A DNA stretch of 62,717 nt from NCBI GenBank assembly GCA_041657405.1, contig JBBABX010000003.1:1-62717 (forward strand), written 5' to 3'. Source of the stretch: Minisyncoccota bacterium. GTDB lineage: Bacteria > Patescibacteriota > Minisyncoccia > Phycocordibacterales > XYD1-FULL-46-19. A model generated the notes under the pieces. That model did no database searches, was not told the origin of the DNA, and saw nothing but the letters and a program-made list of their open reading frames with translations. The position numbers were made by a program, and so were the translations under genes. The stretch's first letter is position 1. The number at the start of each line of letters is the position of its first letter. Positions 29,717 to 41,582 of this stretch are shown here, one piece after another.

Positions 29717-30773
29717 AATGAAAATCATCCCAGCCGAACCAACCGACAAAAAAATTTGGAATTCATTTGTTAAAAATAATTATCCCTCCGTTGGCGGTTT
29801 TTTACAAACTTGGGAATGGGGAGAATTCAAAAAAAATTGGGGTAAAAAAATCAATCGTTATTTTATCAAAGACAACGGTCAAATCATCACCGCTTTTACT
29901 TTGGTAGAACATCAACTACCTCTTGGTTTTTGCTATAATTACGTGCCTCGCGGACCAGTCTTGGTAAAAAACACTCCGCCATCACAGATAACAAAGATTT
30001 TTTCAATTATCCGAGATTGGGCTTTGAACAACTGCAAACATTCTATTTTCTTACGATTAGAACCTCCAATAACCGGAGAAGAGTTTTGGGTAAACGCTCC
30101 AAATCTTTTTTATCGACCAAATTATTATGTTCAACCAAGATACAACTTGGCCATAGATCTAAGCAAAACAGAAGAAGAAATTTTAGCTTCTTTTCATCCT
30201 TCTACTCGCTCCAATCTAAATCGAGCAAAACGACGAGGGGTGACCGTTTTTCTCAAAGATCACGACCTTAACAACAGCCAAAATGATTTTTGGAAAATGA
30301 CCAAAGATACTATTGACCGAAATAGCGGGAAAAATTTATATCCACCGCGAGCTTATTTTGATTCAATGTTTAAAATTCTACCACCTCTTTCAGAAAAATC
30401 TGAGTTTAATAAACTTACTATCGGCGCATTTTTTGGTTATCAATATGATAAACCGGCGGCTATTCACTATGTGTTATTTTTTGGTGATACCGCTACTTAT
30501 CTTTATGGCGCTTCAGCGACCAAGTGTCTAAAATCAAAAGTTACCACTTACTTACATTGGCAAGCTGCATGTAAGGCCAAGAAACGTGGTTTTAAATATT
30601 ATGACCTAGGAGGAATAGATGAAAAACTCTGGCCATCAATTACCACCTTCAAGCGTCAATTTGGTGGAACAGAATTTTCATATATCGGATTGGTTGATAT
30701 TCCACTCCGACCAAAATTCTATTGTCTTTACAACTTCTTAAAAAAGATTCAGTATTGGATTGATAAAAACTAA
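29709..30773 (+). CDS. FemAB-family peptidoglycan interpeptide-bridge aminoacyltransferase
   Basis: 354 aa; FLQTWEWGEFK, YLYGAS, and a KRQFGG C-terminal motif. Confidence 0.7.
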   Translation: MTKMKIIPAEPTDKKIWNSFVKNNYPSVGGFLQTWEWGEFKKNWGKKINRYFIKDNGQIITAFTLVEHQLPLGFCYNYVPRGPVLVKNTPPSQITKIFSIIRDWALNNCKHSIFLRLEPPITGEEFWVNAPNLFYRPNYYVQPRYNLAIDLSKTEEEILASFHPSTRSNLNRAKRRGVTVFLKDHDLNNSQNDFWKMTKDTIDRNSGKNLYPPRAYFDSMFKILPPLSEKSEFNKLTIGAFFGYQYDKPAAIHYVLFFGDTATYLYGASATKCLKSKVTTYLHWQAACKAKKRGFKYYDLGGIDEKLWPSITTFKRQFGGTEFSYIGLVDIPLRPKFYCLYNFLKKIQYWIDKN

Positions 30774-30862
30774 AAAATTTTTGACAGCAAAAATTTTGAT
30801 CTCCATTACCCAAAACTCATCTCTCCAAACAGTTTTAAGAAAGACTTTGGTTACTAAAAAGT

Positions 30863-31780
30863 TTAAATTTTAGCATAACGTCTCGTTGCCCAAAAACTGG
30901 CAATCAAGCCTAAAGAGATACCTGTGAGAAACAAAATAATAAATATCTTACCAAAATTATCAAGATAAAAAGAAACTAAATTGACTCCCCCATAAACGCC
31001 CGCGGTCAAATCTCTTACCCAAATTGTGGCTGGATATAAAATAGCCAAAGAAATAAATGATGACAAGATACCGGCGATAACCCCTTCTATTACAAACGGC
31101 CCTTTAACATAAAAATTACTTGCCCCCACTAAACGCATCACCGAAATTTCTTCTCGCGAAGTATAAATTGCCAATGATATGGTATTAAAGACAACTAGAA
31201 TAGCTAACAGAGCTAAAACAAAACTAATACCAAAACTTATTTTTTTACTAGTTTCAATTAAACGCAAAAGTTTATCTACAACATCTTTTTTATAGCTGAT
31301 TTGATCAACTATCTGCTGCCCCCCCAAATCAGGGTTGGTCTTGTTTTCTATAAAATGAGTAATCACATCATATTGACTCGGATCAACCGCTAGAATGTTT
31401 AGACGCGCACCAAAAGGATTACCAACTTCATTTAAAGATTGCATCAAAATTTCATTATCCTTGTGTTTTTCCCTAAAATTAGCCAACTCGCTTTCACGAG
31501 AAGAATAAATGATTTCCTTAACCTCCGGCAAAAACGAAAGGTCTTCTTTGAGATCATCAATATTATCAAGAGAAGTATCAACTTTAAAAGAGATGCTGAT
31601 GTCAACCTTACTTTTAACTTCATTAAGCGCCGAGGTCATATAATTGTTGGCCAAAAATAATCCTCCCACCACAGACAGGGTAACTGTCATTGCTAAAACT
31701 GAAGCAAAAGAAACTAAACCATTTCGCCAAAAATTAACAATCCCAAACTTAAAAATTCTTTTTGTGTTAATCCAAAACAT
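30863..31780 (-). CDS. ftsX: Cell-division ABC transporter permease-like protein FtsX
   Basis: 305 aa with a periplasmic domain plus four TM segments; directly downstream of ftsE. Confidence 0.85.
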   Translation of the reverse strand: MFWINTKRIFKFGIVNFWRNGLVSFASVLAMTVTLSVVGGLFLANNYMTSALNEVKSKVDISISFKVDTSLDNIDDLKEDLSFLPEVKEIIYSSRESELANFREKHKDNEILMQSLNEVGNPFGARLNILAVDPSQYDVITHFIENKTNPDLGGQQIVDQISYKKDVVDKLLRLIETSKKISFGISFVLALLAILVVFNTISLAIYTSREEISVMRLVGASNFYVKGPFVIEGVIAGILSSFISLAILYPATIWVRDLTAGVYGGVNLVSFYLDNFGKIFIILFLTGISLGLIASFWATRRYAKI

Positions 31781-31799
31781 AGTATTTAAATTATCTGGT

Positions 31800-32477
31800 T
31801 TAAATTACGTATCGACCATCTTTGTCATCTCTAATAATCCGACCTTGCTCTATGGTCAATACGCGTCCCTCCAATGACTCAATGATCTTTTTATTGTGAG
31901 TAGTCAAAATAACAGTTGTGCCAATTTCATTGATTTTTTTGAAAATATCAATTATCTCAGACGCAGTAATAGGATCTAGGTTACCAGTCGGCTCGTCAGC
32001 AATCAAAAGATCCGGTTGATTGATAATCGCTCGCGCAATGGCAATCCGTTGCCTTTCACCCCCCGATAACTCACTTGGAAAACTCCAAAACTTATTACCG
32101 AGACCAACTATCTCTAAAGCGTGAGGCGCATCGGAAGAAATTTCTTCGTCAGACCGACCAGCGGCTGCCATTGTAAAAGCAAGATTCTCATAAGCAGTTT
32201 TATGCGGCAAAAGACGAAAATCTTGAAAAACACTACCAATCCGCCGACGAAGCTTGGGAATATCTTTACGACCAACTTTGTGAATATTTAATGAATCAAA
32301 AAAAACTTCGCCACTAGAAGGCTTGTCTTCAGCTAAAATCATTTTTAATAATGTGGTCTTTCCAGCGCCAGAATGCCCAACAATGGAAACAAACTCCCCA
32401 GATTCAACTGTAAAGGTAACATCTTCTAATGCTTTGGTGTTGGGATAAATTTTAGAAACTTTATCAAAATAAATCAT
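31800..32477 (-). CDS. ftsE: Cell-division ATP-binding protein FtsE
   Basis: 225 aa; Walker A GHSGAGKTT, signature LSGGERQR, Walker B LLIADEPT. Confidence 0.9.
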   Translation of the reverse strand: MIYFDKVSKIYPNTKALEDVTFTVESGEFVSIVGHSGAGKTTLLKMILAEDKPSSGEVFFDSLNIHKVGRKDIPKLRRRIGSVFQDFRLLPHKTAYENLAFTMAAAGRSDEEISSDAPHALEIVGLGNKFWSFPSELSGGERQRIAIARAIINQPDLLIADEPTGNLDPITASEIIDIFKKINEIGTTVILTTHNKKIIESLEGRVLTIEQGRIIRDDKDGRYVI

Positions 32478-32506
32478 AATTGTTTATTCTATTTTACCGT
32501 AAATGT

Positions 32507-33391
32507 TTAAGAAAACAAAATTTTTTCGGCCCTTATAAATTCGTCCAGTTCACCGTCAAGCACCGACTCTACATCACTTGTCTCATATTCGGTCCGATGA
32601 TCTTTGACCAGCTTATAAGGATGAAGAACATAAGATCGTATTTGATTGCCCCATTCTATTTCCGTTGTCTTACTAACATACATTCCTTGCTCTTTTTTTA
32701 ATCGATCATCCTCTCTTTTTTTATAAAGCTTGGCCGACAAAATGACTAAAGCTTTTTCGCGATTTTGTATTTGTGATCTCTCTGAGTCAGCATGCGCCGA
32801 CAAACCTGTTGGGATATGAACAACCCTAACCGCTGTTTCGCGCTTATTAACATTTTGACCACCAGGACCACTAGAACGAGCAAATTCCACCTTGAGTTCT
32901 TCTTCGGGAATATTAATCTCTTGAATTTTAGCAAAACGAGGGATTACTTCCACCAGCGCAAAAGACGTATGACGCAAATTTTTGGCATTAAAAGGAGAAA
33001 TTCGCACCAAGCGATGAACACCGGATTCATTTTTTAAAATGCCATAAGCATTATGTCCTCTCAACTCAAAGGTAATATTACGATAGCCACCATGATCGTT
33101 TTGATTTTCATGAACCAAATAAAATTCCAGACCTTTTTTTTCGGCATACTTTCGATACATCACTAAAAGCATTGCCGCCCAGTCTTCGGCATCATCACCG
33201 CCAGCGCCAGCAAAAATAGTTATTACAGCGTCACCTTTATCATATTTGCCGACACCAGCTAATTCTTGTTTCAGACGATTAAACTCTTGAACCTTTTCTT
33301 GGGCCAAGTCTTTATTTTGCCAAAAACTTGGGTCAGCCATTTCTGTTTCCAACGCTGTTATTTTTTTTTCTATTTCCTGTTTGTCTTGCAC
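32507..33391 (-). CDS. prfB: Peptide chain release factor 2 (short form, uninterrupted ORF)
   Basis: 294 aa; SPF tripeptide (RISPFNAK) and GGQ (SGPGGQNVNK). GTG start, and no in-frame TGA/CTTTGAC recoding site. Confidence 0.9.
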   Translation of the reverse strand: MQDKQEIEKKITALETEMADPSFWQNKDLAQEKVQEFNRLKQELAGVGKYDKGDAVITIFAGAGGDDAEDWAAMLLVMYRKYAEKKGLEFYLVHENQNDHGGYRNITFELRGHNAYGILKNESGVHRLVRISPFNAKNLRHTSFALVEVIPRFAKIQEINIPEEELKVEFARSSGPGGQNVNKRETAVRVVHIPTGLSAHADSERSQIQNREKALVILSAKLYKKREDDRLKKEQGMYVSKTTEIEWGNQIRSYVLHPYKLVKDHRTEYETSDVESVLDGELDEFIRAEKILFS

Positions 33392-33463
33392 AAAATAAAT
33401 TTTAGAACTTTAAATCAAAATAAAATACCTGCTACAAATTTTTGAATTTTTAATTATTTTCTG

Positions 33464-33536
<73 letters not shown>

Positions 33537-33580
33537 AAGACGTAGGACTTTTTCAATTATTAATTCATTTGTATTCTCTG

Positions 33581-33653
33581 AGCCGTCGGCCGGGATTGAA
33601 CCGGCGACCTCGTCATTACCAATGACGTGCTCTACCAACTGAGCTACAACGGC
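33581..33653 (-). tRNA. tRNA-Thr(GGT)
   Basis: The minus strand reads GCCGTTGTAGCTCAGTTGGTAGAGC, anticodon arm CGTCA-TTGGTAA-TGACG, and T-loop GGTTCAATCC. Confidence 0.85.
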
Positions 33654-33723
33654 TTAACCAAAAAGACTGTTTTATCTTAATATATTTACTCGTTTTTTTC
33701 AATTATTTGATATAATTTAACCA

Positions 33724-35133
33724 ATGACTAATTACCCTCCTCTAAACACAAAAGATCTCCCTTCTCCTCCAAGATGGTGGAGAGCCGTCGGCGTTGGAAT
33801 TATCGTGACCGGCATGGCGATGGGTACCGGTGAACTGGTGATGTGGCCCAATTTGGTTACTCAATACGGTTTAGCCATTCTTTGGTTTGCGCTTGTCGGC
33901 ATCACTTTGCAATATTTTATTAATCAAGAAATTGCCCGAGCCACACTAGCTACCGGCGAAAGTTTTTTTACTTCCTCAGGTCGCCTTATTCGTTGGTCAC
34001 CTTTGTTCTGGCTATTTTCAGTTGTTTTGATTTATGTTTGGCCAGGCTGGGCTAGCACTCTGGGCACAATTCTGGCAGTCTTAATTGGTTTTGGTCATTA
34101 TCTTTGGTGGGCCTGGGCTTCATTAGCATTGGTCTTGATTATTGTTTTTGCCGGTCGCGAAGCCTATAAAGTATTAGAGAAAAGCTTAAAAATAATTGTG
34201 CCAATTTTTATTATTATTCTGCTCTACATTAGTTTCTTAAATTTAACTTGGTTCAATATTTTTGAAGCCTTGCGTGGTTTATTTTCTTTTGGTTATTGGC
34301 CTGAGGAAATAGATATCAATATTTTGCTAGGTGCTATTGTTTTTGCTGGCGCTGGCGGAATGTTGAATCTTTGTGTTTCTCTTTGGTATCGCGACAAGGG
34401 CACAGGTATGGCCATTTATAGTGGTAAAATTAAAAATCCAATTAATGGCAAGACCGAAGCCATTGGTGCTATTGGTAATACCTTTCCTCTTACGGAGTCA
34501 AACTTAAAAAACTGGCAACATTGGCTAAAATATCTTCGTTTTGACCAAGGATTTGTCTTTTGGTTTATTGGTTTAACAACAATCGTCTTAATGAGTTTAA
34601 ATGCCTATGTTGTTTTGGAACCTCTAAATCTAAGCCCTTCAGGGACTGACCTGGCGGTTATTTTGTCAGAAATTTTTGAATCCCAACTTGGTTTTTGGGG
34701 CGGTAAATTGTATTTACTAATGGCTTACTTAATGCTCTTTTCAGTAATGTGGACTATTATCGACGCCATGAGTCGGATTATCTCCGACATTGTCTACACC
34801 AATACTCAAACTGGTTCTTTAATCAAAATTTTTGCTTGGACCAAGAATTTAAGTCTCCATCATCTCTATTACAGTTTGATTTTAGTTATCACCTTGATTC
34901 AAGCAGTTCTTTTGCCATTTTCACAACCATTAGTCTTTTTGCTTCTTAGCTCAGTATTAGGTGGCTTCACAATGGCTCTCTACACACCAATTTTGCTCTA
35001 CTACAACAACCGCCACTTAGCCAAACCTCTACGCCCCGGAATTATCAGTAATTTATTCCTTTTTGGTGCTTTTGTTTTTTATAGTGCCTTCGCGATAATT
35101 TCTATTTGGGAGATGGTTGGGAAGATATTCTAA
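33724..35133 (+). CDS. NRAMP-superfamily-like membrane transporter
   Basis: 469 aa, about 11-12 TM segments, with overall NRAMP/MntH-like topology. The canonical DPGN motif is not obvious. Confidence 0.5.
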   Translation: MTNYPPLNTKDLPSPPRWWRAVGVGIIVTGMAMGTGELVMWPNLVTQYGLAILWFALVGITLQYFINQEIARATLATGESFFTSSGRLIRWSPLFWLFSVVLIYVWPGWASTLGTILAVLIGFGHYLWWAWASLALVLIIVFAGREAYKVLEKSLKIIVPIFIIILLYISFLNLTWFNIFEALRGLFSFGYWPEEIDINILLGAIVFAGAGGMLNLCVSLWYRDKGTGMAIYSGKIKNPINGKTEAIGAIGNTFPLTESNLKNWQHWLKYLRFDQGFVFWFIGLTTIVLMSLNAYVVLEPLNLSPSGTDLAVILSEIFESQLGFWGGKLYLLMAYLMLFSVMWTIIDAMSRIISDIVYTNTQTGSLIKIFAWTKNLSLHHLYYSLILVITLIQAVLLPFSQPLVFLLLSSVLGGFTMALYTPILLYYNNRHLAKPLRPGIISNLFLFGAFVFYSAFAIISIWEMVGKIF

Positions 35134-35182
35134 CTCCCGAACAAAACTGCAAACTTAAGAAAGAATCAAAAATTGCAGTTTT

Positions 35183-35415
35183 TGCGCGGTCGAAGGGTAT
35201 CCAGGACTTGCCTACAAGTTTTGGTTCGCTGTCGCTCAACTGAATAGAAGAGACTCTCCCGCGTCTCTAGTTGCACCAGTCGTGCTTCTCGGGCTGGGCA
35301 ATTTTTTCTATTAAAAAAATAGCGTTCCGGCGTTCAAGTCCCTCGCCGATGCTAAAACAGTAAGACCCCAGTGCTCTCGCACAGGGGCCAAACTGTTTTA
35401 TGCGCGGTCGAAGGG
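35183..35415 (-). other. 15-nt direct repeat of the tRNA-Asp 3' end bracketing a GC-rich, hairpin-rich 203-bp non-coding segment
   Basis: TGCGCGGTCGAAGGG occurs at 35183..35197 and 35401..35415. The interior line 35221..35280 is 31/60 GC, and several 5-9 bp hairpins are present. Confidence 0.7.
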
Positions 35416-35477
35416 ACTTGAACCCTCAACCTTCCGCGTGACAGGCGGATGCTCTAACCAAATTGAGCTACGACCGC
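35403..35477 (-). tRNA. tRNA-Asp(GTC)
   Basis: The minus strand reads GCGGTCGTAGCTCAATTTGGTTAGAGC, anticodon arm TCCGC-CTGTCAC-GCGGA, and T-loop GGTTCAAGTCC. Confidence 0.85.
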
Positions 35478-35522
35478 AAACAAATATATTTTACACAAAC
35501 GGTTACTTTTTACAATAACCTG

Positions 35523-35596
35523 TGCTGATGGCAGGACTTGAACCTGCGACCTGGCGCTTATGAAACGCCCGCTCTAACCAACTGAGCTACATCAGC
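35523..35596 (-). tRNA. tRNA-Met(CAT), elongator type (or lysidine-modified tRNA-Ile2)
   Basis: The minus strand reads GCTGATGTAGCTCAGTTGGTTAGAGC, with anticodon loop TTCATAA and a paired G1-C72. Confidence 0.8.
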
Positions 35597-35730
35597 CTCA
35601 ATTTTTCAACCAAAATCACGACTAAAAATAAAACTACCCGACTTCGGCTCTTGTATTTTAGCTCAATTTTTAAACTTTTTCAATAAATCCCTAATCAGAA
35701 AAACCCCTTTCAGGGTCTTTCAATTACTTG

Positions 35731-35802
35731 TTGCGGAGGCCGGAATCGAACCGGCTTCCCGAGGTTATGAGCCTCGTGAGTGAACCATTACTCTACTCCG
35801 CG
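35731..35802 (-). tRNA. Initiator tRNA-fMet(CAT)
   Basis: The minus strand reads CGCGGAG...CTCCGCA, with the C1xA72 mismatch typical of bacterial initiators, and anticodon arm CGAGG-CTCATAA-CCTCG. Confidence 0.8.
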
Positions 35803-35869
35803 ATCTTTTTTATTGTAACTGTTTTACATCTATTTGTCAAAATTTTAAGAAATGTTTCTTTTTGACAAA

Positions 35870-36442
35870 CTAAATATAGTCAAATTCTTTAAAAACTTGT
35901 TCAAATTTAGCAAGTGCCGCCTTAGCTTCTCTTTGGGTTAAGACAAAGTCATTTTCATGAGCAATTTGATTACGGATCTTGTGTGCTTCCCAAGCTTCAT
36001 TTAAAGTTAAAAAATCACTAGATTCTACAGTTTTTAATCTCTCCCCCAAATTTTCGCCAAGATACCCCATTGCCATCAACATTTCATCAAGAATTTTATC
36101 CGCTTCAATAATCGCCAAATTCCAATCAGACGGATTATCTGAATCTAATTTTTCTTTAATTTTTTCCCAACGTTCATTTTTAACCGATTTCTTGATATCT
36201 CCCAACTTGCCACCTTTTTGTCCAAAAATTTTCTCATTGCGTTCTCGACGAATTGCGTCTAATTTCAATGAAAAATAGATTATTCCTCCAGCAAATAAAA
36301 TCATCACCCCCAAACAAATCCACCAAATTATATTCATTAAGATAAAAAAATCTTCGCTTCTAAAATAAGCAACTATTGCGTAAACATAAGAGGCTAAATA
36401 TTCAAAAATGACCGTGACATTTATCAACGAAGGCGATAACAT
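35870..36442 (-). CDS. Membrane protein with a cytoplasmic helical C-terminal domain, hypothetical
   Basis: 190 aa with two N-terminal TM helices; the C-terminal WEAHKIRNQIAHE motif is of unknown function. Confidence 0.55.
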   Translation of the reverse strand: MLSPSLINVTVIFEYLASYVYAIVAYFRSEDFFILMNIIWWICLGVMILFAGGIIYFSLKLDAIRRERNEKIFGQKGGKLGDIKKSVKNERWEKIKEKLDSDNPSDWNLAIIEADKILDEMLMAMGYLGENLGERLKTVESSDFLTLNEAWEAHKIRNQIAHENDFVLTQREAKAALAKFEQVFKEFDYI

Positions 36443-36463
36443 ATTTTCTTATTATACTTCAAT

Positions 36464-37909
36464 TTATTTTAGTTTTTCAACAAGACGACCAAAAGCAAAA
36501 AGAATATCTTCGCGTCGGTGGGACGCAGTTATTTGGACACCCACAGGCAAACCCTTGGGTGCTGTTGACAGAGGTGGAGTAAAACCGATTGGCACGTTCA
36601 TCGCAGGCACTCCCGCCAAGTTGACTGGAACAGTAAAAATATCTTCTAAATACATTTGGAGTGGGTCGTTAGTATTTTGACCAATCGGAAAAGCTGGCGA
36701 TGGCGCCGTTGGAGTTATCACAGCATCATAATGATTAAAGACACTCAAATAATCTTGTTTTATTAATTCTCTCACCTGGTTAGCTTTGTTGTAATAAGCG
36801 TCATAATATCCTGCAGAAAGAACATAAGTGCCCAACATAACTCGACGACGAACCTCACGACCAAAACCAGCAGCACGAGTTTTTTTGTAATCGTCAATTA
36901 CATTTTTACCATCCAAATGTAGTCCATAACGCACGCCATCAAACCTAGCCAAGTTAGTTGAAACTTCAGCCGGCATTAAAACATAATAACAAGCCAATGA
37001 GTAATGAAGATTTGGCATTTCTACCTCTTCAAGAGTGTGCCCGTCGTGTTTTAATTTTTCTACCAATTGATTAAATTTATCAAGCACCACCTGGTCTACA
37101 CCCCCACCATTCAAAAAAGAAAACGGCACTCCAATCTTTAGTTTAGATGACATTTCAGGATAAACAGGCAAATTATAAGCATTAGAATCAAAGTTATCGG
37201 CACCCCTAATCGCATCAAAAAGAATTTCCGCATCTTCGGCAGTTTTGGCAATGGGACCAACTTGGTCCAAAGAAGAAGCCATTGCCATCACCCCATAACG
37301 GCTTACTGCGCCATAGGTTGGTTTCAAACCAAAGGTGCCGCAAAAACTTGACGGCTGACGAATAGAACCCCCAGTATCAGAGCCTAAAGCTGCCAACGCC
37401 AAACCGGCGCCGACCGCTGCGGCCGATCCCCCAGAAGAACCCCCAGGAACACGTGTGACATCATAAGGATTTTTAGTTGGACCAAAGGCAGAATTTTCCG
37501 TAGAACCACCCATTGCAAATTCATCCATATTGGTTCGCCCAAGAAATACTGCTCCACATTCTTTTAATCTCTTTATGACCGTCGCGTCATAAACAGCTGT
37601 GTAATTTTCCAACATTCTAGAAGCAGAAGAGCATTTACGTCCTTCAATCAAAATATTGTCCTTAACCGCCAAAGGAATACCAGTCATCAAAGTAACTCCC
37701 TCATTTTTGCGAATTCGTTTATCTGCCTCTGCTGCCTGTTCTAAAATATCTTCAAAAATTTCCAAATAAATATTGAACTGTCCATTTTTTTGCTTAATTT
37801 CGGTCAAATAAGCTTCGGCCAAATCTGTTGCTGAGAAATCGCCACGAATCATCGCTTCATGTGCAACTTTAATAGTTAATTTATCCAACTCTTCTTTTGT
37901 TAATCTCAT
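36464..37909 (-). CDS. gatA: Glu-tRNA(Gln)/Asp-tRNA(Asn) amidotransferase subunit A
   Basis: 481 aa with the amidase signature GGSSGGSAAAV. Confidence 0.95.
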   Translation of the reverse strand: MRLTKEELDKLTIKVAHEAMIRGDFSATDLAEAYLTEIKQKNGQFNIYLEIFEDILEQAAEADKRIRKNEGVTLMTGIPLAVKDNILIEGRKCSSASRMLENYTAVYDATVIKRLKECGAVFLGRTNMDEFAMGGSTENSAFGPTKNPYDVTRVPGGSSGGSAAAVGAGLALAALGSDTGGSIRQPSSFCGTFGLKPTYGAVSRYGVMAMASSLDQVGPIAKTAEDAEILFDAIRGADNFDSNAYNLPVYPEMSSKLKIGVPFSFLNGGGVDQVVLDKFNQLVEKLKHDGHTLEEVEMPNLHYSLACYYVLMPAEVSTNLARFDGVRYGLHLDGKNVIDDYKKTRAAGFGREVRRRVMLGTYVLSAGYYDAYYNKANQVRELIKQDYLSVFNHYDAVITPTAPSPAFPIGQNTNDPLQMYLEDIFTVPVNLAGVPAMNVPIGFTPPLSTAPKGLPVGVQITASHRREDILFAFGRLVEKLK

Positions 37910-37973
37910 TTTTTTTATTTATTGAAATTTAATTTTTTCTCTTTTCTTCTCGTGGCTATCACCAATATTATGC

Positions 37974-38270
37974 TTATTGGTTATCTAAAATCTTTTTGAC
38001 TACAAATAAATTGTCTCTTTGTTTAGGTGCTTCTTCTAAAATCTTTTCCGTATTAGCCCCTGGCTCAAATGACTCTTCGTCAGAACGCATCACATTTCTA
38101 AGATAATAGTTATTAGGTTGATGACTCTCGGTCAGGTTGGGCGCTTTTTGCAATTCAGAAATATAACCCAAAATAGACTCCATATCTTTTTGGAGTTTAG
38201 TTTTTTCTTCTTCAGTTAAATCAATCCGAGCCAAATCGGCTAATTTGTCTATATCATTTTTGGTTAGCAT
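37974..38270 (-). CDS. gatC: Amidotransferase subunit C
   Basis: MLTKNDIDKLADLARIDLTEEE is typical of GatC. The start is taken at the internal Met (the ORF track extends to 38306). Confidence 0.85.
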   Translation of the reverse strand: MLTKNDIDKLADLARIDLTEEEKTKLQKDMESILGYISELQKAPNLTESHQPNNYYLRNVMRSDEESFEPGANTEKILEEAPKQRDNLFVVKKILDNQ

Positions 38271-38424
38271 AAAGTTTATTTTAGCACTAGAAAACTTAAT
38301 TTCCAAATTTTATTTGCCCCCCAACGCTAATCAACCCAAAGAAAAAAACAAAAACTCATTCTCATAAAACAGCTTAAAATAGGGATCTAAACGCCTCAGA
38401 GTCTGTCTGAAACGTTTATTTTTT

Positions 38425-40452
<2,028 letters not shown>

Positions 40453-40486
40453 TTATTATAAGCCGAAAAAGATAAATTTTCTATGG

Positions 40487-41056
40487 CTAACGGACCCTCA
40501 TCGCTGTTCTCTCCACTTTCCTGGAGCTTTGCGAGTCAACGGACAAATTAGAACCTCTTACAGTTATTACTCTTTCGCATTCACTTTGGAAAGTTCCCGA
40601 ACCCTGAATCTCATGACAACCACTATAAACAGGATTCCTAAGATTATCCAAATTAAAAGTAAAATCTATTTCTGCCGAACCGCCACTAATAATATTTACT
40701 GTTTTTTTAAAAGAATAAATTCCAGAGCCAGATGGATCTTCAACAGAATATAATTCAATCGGATCTTCGCCAACCACCGAACAAAAAATAGAGGCGGCAT
40801 CTTTTATGCCAACAACTTCACCACTGCCATCAGGATTATAATTCAAAAAAACTTCCCCTACCTGATCGTAATAGTTTAAACAATCAACTACCGAACGAGC
40901 ATTATAATAAGCAATCTGTGAATTTTTGTTCAAAGAGGTCAAAATTAATTGTCTAGTAATGATGTTAATCAAACTCACCCCCACCACCAAAACCGCGCTA
41001 GTCAAAAGAATGGCGTATAATAGAGTGAAACCTTTGTTTTTATTATTTTTACACAT
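40487..41056 (-). CDS. Minor pilin/pseudopilin-like protein (PilX-like N-terminus)
   Basis: KGFTLLYAILLTSAVLVVGV prepilin-type N-terminus. Confidence 0.6.
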   Translation of the reverse strand: MCKNNKNKGFTLLYAILLTSAVLVVGVSLINIITRQLILTSLNKNSQIAYYNARSVVDCLNYYDQVGEVFLNYNPDGSGEVVGIKDAASIFCSVVGEDPIELYSVEDPSGSGIYSFKKTVNIISGGSAEIDFTFNLDNLRNPVYSGCHEIQGSGTFQSECERVITVRGSNLSVDSQSSRKVERTAMRVR

Positions 41057-41058
41057 TT

Positions 41059-41580
41059 TTATTGATAAATTAGGTGAGTTTCATAATTTACAGATCGCGG
41101 GGTTTGAAGGTGTGTATTAGACCAAACTACTGTTGATATAACTTGATATTCTTCCAAACCAAGATTATTTAAAATAGAATTATCAGTATCTATAATCCTT
41201 AAATATCTTGTAAAAATCGTGGGGGACCCATTGTTGTGGGTATAATAACCATCATCAAACGTGATGACACAATCATCTGGGTCATCAACCGGAATAACAG
41301 AGCCAGCGTAGTTCTCTTTAGTGCCATCAACACAGTAATAACGATCACTCCTAATATTTAATTCCCCAACATCCCGATAAAAAGTTAAAATTTCCAAACC
41401 TTCTTGTGCTAGAAAATTGGCTGTAATTTCATTTCTTAAATAAACACTGTCACGCAGGGCTGTCGCTAAAAGTGATAATGGACCGATGACCGCAATCAAA
41501 AGAATTGTGATAGCAACCAAAGACTCCACCATAGTAAAACCTCGTTTGTTTATTTTTGGAGATGTTTTCTTTTTCATCAT
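41059..41580 (-). CDS. Prepilin-type N-terminal cleavage/methylation domain protein (minor pilin)
   Basis: RGFTMVESLVAITILLIAV. Confidence 0.7.
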   Translation of the reverse strand: MMKKKTSPKINKRGFTMVESLVAITILLIAVIGPLSLLATALRDSVYLRNEITANFLAQEGLEILTFYRDVGELNIRSDRYYCVDGTKENYAGSVIPVDDPDDCVITFDDGYYTHNNGSPTIFTRYLRIIDTDNSILNNLGLEEYQVISTVVWSNTHLQTPRSVNYETHLIYQ

Positions 41581-41582
41581 AT

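Noticed and set aside
35198-35400. Annotating this interval as the RNase P RNA gene
   Set aside because: Only short motif resemblances were seen. The CR-I-like string lies 3' of the other motifs, and about 200 nt is too short for a canonical bacterial RNase P RNA. It is kept as a hypothesis to test with covariance models.
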